DNA of 64,000 bases from Eledone cirrhosa (Eukaryota): the NCBI GenBank assembly GCA_964016885.1, contig OZ024740.1, forward strand, positions 329,468,001-329,532,000. Direction: 5' to 3'. Of this stretch, positions 56,151 through 64,000 are shown piece by piece. The position numbers and the translations under genes were made by a program. Numbering within the stretch: the first letter of the stretch is position 1; each line of letters starts with the position of its first letter. The notes beneath the pieces are model-generated. The model saw only the letters and a program-made list of their open reading frames with translations, had not been told where the DNA came from and did not search any database.

Positions 56151-56700
56151 AACGTTTGAAAGTATATACTTTCCTTATGCATATTAACGGCTGAGCAGCC
56201 TAATTTGCATATCGAGTGAGTTAGTCGGCCGGCGTACCGAAAACGATAAATGGAAAAGAATGAAATGAAATTTCATTTCTCACTCTTAGTACGGCTGATA
56301 CTTAAATGTAAGTATGTATACGTACATACATATCACTCGATATGCAAATTCTAACTCACTCGATATGCAAATTAGGCTGCTCAGCCGTTAATATGCATAA
56401 GGAAAGTATATACCTTCAAACGTTCAATCATGTGACAGGAAGGTATACGATGATGACGATAGCTAATAAGCTTGAAACTAGTTCATGTTCATTTGTCAGT
56501 GTTGAACAAATGTGCGACGATGGTTGCCGAACACTGTACGGCTTTATTCGGGCGGTTTGTTTACAAACAAACCGAACATTATAATAAATGTTCGGTAAGC
56601 CCATACATACATATGTATATGTGTGCATGTATATATATATATACATACTACTATACGTCTGTATACATATATATATGTACGTATACATACTTACATTTAT
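56151..56700. mobile_element. Inverted, circularly permuted copies of a ~430-nt non-coding repeat with HHR relic (retrozyme-like)
   Basis: 56151-56224 is the reverse complement of 56351-56424; 56303-56332 is the reverse complement of ~56667-56699; aTGATGA-cgat-agct-aata-agct-t-GAAA-CTAG-TT at 56450-56483. Other copies at 19228-19565, 22578-22896, 44610-44900. Confidence 0.65.
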
Positions 56701-58328
56701 ATATATATGCATATACATATGTTTATGTTATCCTTATCATATGTGTACATCAAACCAAAGCAAGTAATTTGATGCAGTACGCCATGTGAGAAACAAAATG
56801 TTTTGTTTATTTGGTTGATGAGAATACCTAATAATCTAAAAGTTAGCAAAAATATGATTTTGACATTATACAAAAAGGGTCTAACAAGATGTTATTTTTA
56901 CCCGAGAGAAAAGGATTACGATGTTTGGAGCAATTCTTCAAAGGATCTATTGACTTTATATTTGTTAAAAAATATTCTTCTTTAAAAGGCAGATATAAAT
57001 GTAAATAAATTTGATGGGACTTCTTTCAAGTTCTTTCAATGAATGAGTATTTCCGAAAAATATGTATAGCGATTTTCATTAAATCATAATAAAATATTTC
57101 TTTTGCTATTAGTTTATAGAGAAATAGTAGCGTACAGTACTACTTCTTTCGGAAGACACATGTCATTGAGAATGCAGATAGCAACGTCATTGAAATTGCA
57201 TAAGTTATGTGGAGACTTTCGTTTGTGTGAACTAAAAAAAATATTCTTTGTGTATATTTACTAAGAAGGAACACATCTTTTGCTGCAACCTTAGCACAAC
57301 TTAAGCATATTGCTATTTAATACTTCATGATATCTATAGTTTCAGGAAAGATATGTATTGGTTTCTAAACGTTTTAGCAACATGTGGAGGATTATACAAC
57401 ACAATATTTCTTATTTTATTTTCGCCTTTTAAGTGTTTTAGTTCTATTTCTGTATATGTGCTCTTTTGGTATCTTGGATATTAGCTTAAGAAATTTCTCG
57501 GCTAATGTTTTGTGGATTATCTGGTGCTGTTCAAAATAAATAACAACTACGATAACTTCCCGTTAGATTTATCCTAAGGTGATATTTGCCAGTCTAGGGT
57601 TATATTGAAATAATTAGAACACCTATCACATTCTTTGACATTTAAAATATATATTTGAACATGTGTATGATACTCTTCGAAACTGCATTTTGTGGTCATT
57701 CATAGCTCAACAAATGAATTCACAATCAACATGATAGAAACACTACTCTGCATAAAGGAATTTCTTCCGATTAACTCTAGGATATTAGGATATACAATAG
57801 TATCTATTCATAAATAACAATTTCATCTTAAGCACCCGAGGTTACGTTAACCAATTATTAGCCACTACATTAATAATTATCGAACATTGCAATCATTTCC
57901 TAGCCTAAATACTAATATTATTGTCGGGATATTCGGAATATAACTACTTCGAAATTCTAAAGATTCATTAAGAAAGGTTATAATAGTAGAAGTATATAAC
58001 TCTCCTTCATCTAACAACTGCCATTCAAAAAGTATATAGTATTAATTATAATGCTTCACTTGTAAGTGATAAACTTACTGTTAATAATAAAAACGATGAA
58101 ATCTAAAATGTTTCACAGACACCACTTTTACGACTTCGTGCATGAATGTCAGGGTGCTCACGCGGCAGGGTGTGTTAGAATCGACACATGATTGCCAGTC
58201 TGAATAGATGATAAAATATATTTGCGCATACAAACGTGCACGTAGAAAAACACACACAGACGCAGAGACACAACCACACATACATAAACACACGCACGCA
58301 CACGCACAGACATAAAAAAGACGCCCCT

Positions 58329-58402
<74 letters not shown>

Positions 58403-58444
58403 ACATAGAAAGATTTGAATGGATACAGTTTAGTTGAAAGGAAT

Positions 58445-58561
58445 TTATTGACACGTGTTTCTATAACAGTTACATAACCTAAAACAGCTATCTACAAACT
58501 TTTAGTTATGCAGACATTCAATATTTCAATGTTATTATTTACTGTCATTTCATCAGAATAA
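58445..58561 (-). ncRNA. Hammerhead ribozyme in the 3' pseudo-LTR of the intact PLE
   Basis: Same core and stems as 4246-4366. Confidence 0.8.
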
Positions 58562-59105
58562 TATTACTGAGGACCTGTTTAGTTTTTATAGAGAATATTA
58601 GGAGGGAGGGGTGAAGTTGTTAGAAGAATAGTTGAAGGAGTGGTTTTTCGATAGCAGTGAGAATTCTTGGTGGCAGTGAGTAATTAGATTCCCATCTGTT
58701 GTTTTGACATTTTTTATAGAATATATTATTGGTTATTTTTCTAAATCTATAGAAGGATTAGAGATAGTAAAGATATGCGTGGTTGGTTTTGTGTTTGCAC
58801 TTAATTAACATTCAGACTTAAATTTTTCTTTCAAGTGTACGTATCCTTTCACCCACGCATTCACACACACATATATTTGCACACCTCTACAAAATACATA
58901 TACTCACAATTCACATATTCATACTTACATATATATACACATGCATGTATTCATGTACATACATACGCGCTCATGTGTATACGTTTTCATACTCAACTTA
59001 TCTTTATATACACACGTATAGACACACACATATATACATACATACTCTAGTCCATGTGTACACACATACACATACTTACACATCCATATACTCATATATA
59101 CATAC

Positions 59106-59137
<32 letters not shown>

Positions 59138-59457
59138 ATATACATACACATACATATACACACATATACATATATATATATATATATAAGCACTTTAATA
59201 CATGAATACACTTACATCTAACTATACACATCAAACATATATATATATTTACTTATTTATATACATTTTCACATATATATACATACTTATGGACGTTTTT
59301 AGACACATTCATTATCGCATATTTGTACCTATTCTCATCAGCATATCTTTTCATTATTAGTATGGTAATTTAAGGTTATTAATATATGTTGAGAAGAGAT
59401 TGTTTTTATATTTTTCTAACTAGATTAAGGTTTATATAGTTGGGGGATGTCCCTCTT

Positions 59458-61779
59458 TTATGTAATATTCGGCTTGTAGTGGGAAAAAAGGGTTTTAGTT
59501 CTGTGACGGCAGAATAATGTTCGTTCAATTCTGTTATTCAGCAGTTTCTTCTTGTGTGTGATTATGTAATAAATCTCAAGATTACACAATTTGCAGAAAT
59601 TTTGGCTCCTGGAAAAGCTTTGGGTTTTAGCTAATTTTTCCCATTTTAGGGTAAACTTTTGGTCGCTATCCCTGAGCGTCCAAGCTTTTTCTGCTAAAGT
59701 TGTTACATTTCTTTGGCTCTGGTGTTTTATTGAGTAAGAATGCCTATACAATCGAGATTTAAACGATGTTGCCGTTGATCCCACGTAATACCACTCGTTG
59801 CCTCCGGATTTAATGGTACACTTATAAATAATATTTTTTTCCAGGCAGTTATTGCCGAGGGGGCAGTTGTCAGGATAGGTGCAGTTACATTTGTGTACGT
59901 TGGGTTTTCTCTGGAGTAGTATTGCGGACGAACTTAGGTGTGGTTTATTTATGTTCTGTAGTGTATTGTCTACTGTTTTTTTTGTGTTCTTTGTAATTAA
60001 GTTCTTAGTGTTTTCGTTTAACCTTCTAGTATTGATCTTTTTTATGTGTTGTTCAAGGTTTAACGCTGTAGAGTATGACAGTCTTATAGTGGTAGGGTTT
60101 AGGATTTTGTGGTATTTGTGTGATGTGGGAAAATGTCTTTTAATTATTTTAAAGAAGAGTACTGGTAAATTTGTACTAATGGAGCTATTGTATTCGGGGT
60201 TATACCATAAGTACTCTTTGCATCGCTTTCTATTAGTTTTGTTTGTTGGTTTACTGGTGTGCATACTATGGTAGTAAGTGTGGTTTGGTGTTGTGTTATT
60301 ATATCTACCTATGTGGGATTTATTTTGGGTGTTTTGATTGTTCCCATCTATGTACTCTATTTTGTTGAGGTAGCCTGCTTTACTAAGGGCGTTATCGTAG
60401 TACTCGGCGTGTTCCTTAAATACTTGTATGTTAGAAGATAGACCCGAGATTCTAAGGGAAATATTTTTAGGGATAGATTTAATTATAGAGATGGGGTGGT
60501 TAGACCCAACATTTACGTATTTGAGATTTTCGTTCAATTCATGAAACGGTTTAATCAAACCAGAGTTTAAATTGAGTGTGACATCCAGGAAGTTAACTAC
60601 TTTAAGGTTGTATTCATATGTTATAGTTAGTCCTATTTCGAGTAGTAGTTTTCTTATATCTTTGCGTAGTTTTTCTAGTTTTTGGTTATTAAGGTTTTTA
60701 GCTAGGAGGAGAACATCGTCGCGGTATATTCCGCCGTGGAGATTGCTGAATTTTTCCTGGAGTCTAAAGGCGATAAATAACCCCACAATATCAGTTATTT
60801 CCGCCGAATCGTTAGAGCCCATTGTTATGTCAAGGTTAGAGGGTCTATCTTTACGTACCCAATAACTGTTCTCAAATTTGACTATAGTTTTCCTAGCTTC
60901 TAATATAATCTTAATTTCATCGTTTGTAAGGTCAGAGTTATCCTTAGCAAACTTAATGGCTCTATTCAAAGTTTCAGGTGATATCGATGAGTAATATTCA
61001 TCGATATCAAACTGGATAAACTTAGATTTATTCTTATTGCTAATGCTATTAAACCATCTTATTGCTTCTTGGGTCTTCCCCCAGAGTTTAATGTTAACCT
61101 TAGCCTTAATTTGGGGGATGATTCTATCTAAGATATATTTGCTTATTTTACCTATATCTGATTTAGAGGGGCAGATTAATCTAATTTTAGGGTCATTATC
61201 AAAGTTTACCTTGTGGTCCTTAAGATTGAAGGTGGGTACCGCCGGTAAGAGTGGTCCTGTCCTATCTTCGATTCCGAGATTTTTCACTATTTCGCATGCC
61301 TCATCATTGATGTGCTTAAGGGTTACTTCACTCGTTTTTCTATATTTTTTATGTAATTCTTTTCGAATGAAGTTGTTGTATGTAGTGCAATCCATAGTGT
61401 ACAGGTTTGATGTTTTGTCCGCTTTTACTACAATTCCTTTGGTGTTTTTAAGGTCGTCCAGTAGTTTTTTTATATCTTTCTGTAATTTGCTGTTGGTGTT
61501 GCGTCCTTTGAATTTAATTTTAAGGATTAAGTTCATAAGGTCCTGCTCAAATGCATCTAATAGTGGGTTGGTGGGTGGGTTTTTACAAGTCCTAAAACCG
61601 AATTTGTTGTTTACACCACTTTCTAATGTTGAGTTCATACGGCTTCTATCATAGTGGAGCGTTTTCCACCTGACACGTCGAATGAATTCATTAGTTTTTT
61701 GAATCATGCTCAATAAATATTCCTTTCTACCTTGGGTTGGTATGTTTTTGAGTGACATATCCAGGTAGTGTTTTTCCAT
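59458..61779 (-). CDS. Intact Penelope-like element (Naiad-type) ORF: reverse transcriptase + GIY-YIG endonuclease, 773 aa
   Basis: PLE N-terminal motifs (SLKNIP, RRVRWK, KADKT), RT motifs FDIDEYYSSI, ITMGSNDSAEITD, IYRDD, VNFLDVTL, thumb YVNVGSNHP; CNC-x5-CPLGNNC followed by NIIYKC...YYVGST...R...H and C-terminal CKLC...E...N...C-R-H. No internal stops. Confidence 0.95.
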   Translation of the reverse strand: MEKHYLDMSLKNIPTQGRKEYLLSMIQKTNEFIRRVRWKTLHYDRSRMNSTLESGVNNKFGFRTCKNPPTNPLLDAFEQDLMNLILKIKFKGRNTNSKLQKDIKKLLDDLKNTKGIVVKADKTSNLYTMDCTTYNNFIRKELHKKYRKTSEVTLKHINDEACEIVKNLGIEDRTGPLLPAVPTFNLKDHKVNFDNDPKIRLICPSKSDIGKISKYILDRIIPQIKAKVNIKLWGKTQEAIRWFNSISNKNKSKFIQFDIDEYYSSISPETLNRAIKFAKDNSDLTNDEIKIILEARKTIVKFENSYWVRKDRPSNLDITMGSNDSAEITDIVGLFIAFRLQEKFSNLHGGIYRDDVLLLAKNLNNQKLEKLRKDIRKLLLEIGLTITYEYNLKVVNFLDVTLNLNSGLIKPFHELNENLKYVNVGSNHPISIIKSIPKNISLRISGLSSNIQVFKEHAEYYDNALSKAGYLNKIEYIDGNNQNTQNKSHIGRYNNTTPNHTYYHSMHTSKPTNKTNRKRCKEYLWYNPEYNSSISTNLPVLFFKIIKRHFPTSHKYHKILNPTTIRLSYSTALNLEQHIKKINTRRLNENTKNLITKNTKKTVDNTLQNINKPHLSSSAILLQRKPNVHKCNCTYPDNCPLGNNCLEKNIIYKCTIKSGGNEWYYVGSTATSFKSRLYRHSYSIKHQSQRNVTTLAEKAWTLRDSDQKFTLKWEKLAKTQSFSRSQNFCKLCNLEIYYIITHKKKLLNNRIERTLFCRHRTKTLFSHYKPNIT

Positions 61780-61983
61780 TGCTGTGGTTGCGTTTGCTGT
61801 GTGGGTTGCTCGACTTTACAGGAGGTAAATATACAGTATTTTCCGTTGTGTTGTAATATAAATATTACACACAGTAGATTATCAGCTCACGTAGAGTTTG
61901 CTCGACGGTTCCAGTTGTAGTTCCAAAAGTAATCCGGAGAAAAATAGAAAGATTTGAATGGATACAGTTTAGTTGAAAGGAAT

Positions 61984-62100
61984 TTATTGACACGTGTTTC
62001 TATAACAGTTACATAACCTAAAACAGCTATCTACAAACTTTTAGTTATGCAGACATTCAATATTTCAATGTTATTATTTACTGTCATTTCATCAGAATAA
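61984..62100 (-). ncRNA. Hammerhead ribozyme in the 5' pseudo-LTR of the intact PLE
   Basis: Same core; predicted cleavage ~210 nt upstream of the ATG at 61779. Confidence 0.8.
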
Positions 62101-62146
62101 TATTACTGAGGACCTGTTTAGTTTTTATAGAGAATATTAGGAGGGA

Positions 62147-63873
62147 TATTGGGTACGTAAAGATAGACCCTCTAACTTTGACATAACAATGGGCTCTAAC
62201 GATTCGGCGGAAATAACTGATATTGTGGGGTTATTTATCGCCTTTAGACTCCAGGAAAAATTCAGCAATCTCCACGGCGGAATATACCGCGACGATGTTC
62301 TCCTCCTAGCTAAAAACCGTAATAACCAAAAACTAGAAAACTACGCAAAGATATAAGAAAACTACTACTCGAAATAGGACTAACTATAACATATGAATAC
62401 AACCTTAAAGTAGTTAACTTCCTGGATGTCACACTCAATTTAACCTCTGGTTTGATTAAACCGTTTCATAAATTGAACGAAAATCTCAAATACGTAAATG
62501 TTGGGTCTAACCACCCCATCTCTATAATTAAATCTATCCCTAAAAATATTTCCCTTAGAATCTCGGGTCTATCTTCTAACATACAAGTATTTAAGGAACA
62601 CGCCGAGTACTACGATAACGCCCTTAGTAAAGCAGGCTACCTCAACAAAATAGAGTACATAGATGGGAACAATCAAAACACCCAAAATAAATCCCACATA
62701 GGTAGATATAATAACACAACACCAAACCACACTTACTACCATAGTATGCACACCAGTAAACCAACAAACAAAACTAATAGAAAGCGATGCAAAGAGTACT
62801 TATGGTATAACCCCGAATACAATAGCTCCATTAGTACAAATTTACCAGTACTCTTCTTTAAAATAATTAAAAGACATTTTCCCACATCACACAAATACCA
62901 CAAAATCCTAAACCCTACCACTATAAGACTGTCATACTCTACAGCGTTAAACCTTGAACAACACATAAAAAAGATCAATACTAGAAGGTTAAACGAAAAC
63001 ACTAAGAACTTAAGTACAAAGAACACAAAAAAAAACAGTAGACAATACACTACAGAACATAAATAAACCACACCTAAGTTCGTCCGCAATACTACTCCAG
63101 AGAAAACCCAACGTACACAAATGTAACTGCACCTATCCTGACAACTGCCCCCTCGGCAATAACTGCCTGGAAAAAAATATTATTTATAAGTGTACCATTA
63201 AATCCGGAGGCAACGAGTGGTATTACGTGGGATCAACGGCAACATCGTTTAAATCTCGATTGTATAGGCATTCTTACTCAATAAAACACCAGAGCCAAAG
63301 AAATGTAACAACTTTAGCAGAAAAAGCTTGGACGCTCAGGGATAGCGACCAAAAGTTTACCCTAAAATGGGAAAAATTAGCTAAAACCCAAAGCTTTTCC
63401 AGGAGCCAAAATTTCTGCAAATTGTGTAATCTTGAGATTTATTACATAATCACACACAAGAAGAAACTGCTGAATAACAGAATTGAACGAACATTATTCT
63501 GCCGTCACAGAACTAAAACCCTTTTTTCCCACTACAAGCCGAATATTACATAAAAGAGGGACATCCCCCAACTATATAAACCTTAATCTAGTTAGAAAAA
63601 TATAAAAACAATCTCTTCTCAACATATATTAATAACCTTAAATTACCATACTAATAATGAAAAGATATGCTGATGAGAATAGGTACAAATATGCGATAAT
63701 GAATGTGTCTAAAAACGTCCATAAGTATGTATATATATGTGAAAATGTATATAAATAAGTAAATATATATATATGTTTGATGTGTATAGTTAGATGTAAG
63801 TGTATTCATGTATTAAAGTGCTTATATATATATATATATATGTATATGTGTGTATATGTATGTGTATGTATAT

Positions 63874-63905
<32 letters not shown>

Positions 63906-64000
63906 GTATGTATATATGAGTATATGGATGTGTAAGTATGTGTATGTGTGTACACATGGACTAGAGTATGTATGTATATATGTGTGTGTCTATACGTGTG
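62147..64000 (+). mobile_element. Inverted, 5'-truncated copy of the same PLE (frameshifted), running off the window
   Basis: Starts tattgggtacgtaaagatagaccc = reverse complement of ~60864 downward; ORF pieces 62452-63066 and 63227-63553 are near-identical to the 773-aa protein; 1-bp indels near 62340 and 63030. Confidence 0.93.

Larger units (their letters stand above)
58405..62146 (-). mobile_element. Full-length Naiad-type PLE with ~1.05-kb 3' UTR and partial upstream pseudo-LTR
   Basis: 61944-62146 repeats the end of the 3' UTR (58405-~58607) directly upstream of the 5' leader; 3' end lies a few bases from a (TA)n tract. Confidence 0.9.

Noticed and set aside
59879-61654. Plus-strand ORFs overlapping the PLE ORF
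   Set aside because: Antisense shadows of the coding strand with no recognisable motifs.

Overview
AT-rich, microsatellite-laden animal genomic DNA, most likely octopus/coleoid cephalopod (inferred from the SINE family and repeat landscape). No host protein-coding exon can be supported; the many YIYI/HTHT/KKK ORFs are (TA)n/(CA)n/(GAA)n artefacts. The window is dominated by Penelope-like retroelements (PLEs: RT plus C-terminal GIY-YIG endonuclease), mostly Naiad-type with the CxC-x5-C-x5-C motif. There is one intact 773-aa ORF (59458-61779) with a pseudo-LTR and an inverted partner copy, another inverted pair of the same family (835-4405), four further decayed Naiad-type copies and one PLE of a different clade. 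Most are inserted into (TA)n. About 15 hammerhead-ribozyme (HHR) motifs or relics can be read by eye, most with palindromic stem III and some with very long stem II. Two non-coding HHR-associated units look like non-autonomous retrozymes: a circularly permuted ~430-nt unit at 56151-56700 and a ~770-nt unit at 8930-9815 whose HHR core strands occur in a non-canonical order. Also present are an RTE LINE, an R4/Dong-like LINE, Chapaev3-like and mariner relics, tRNA-derived SINEs with TSDs, and several long fold-back palindromes. All structures were folded by hand and need computational confirmation.
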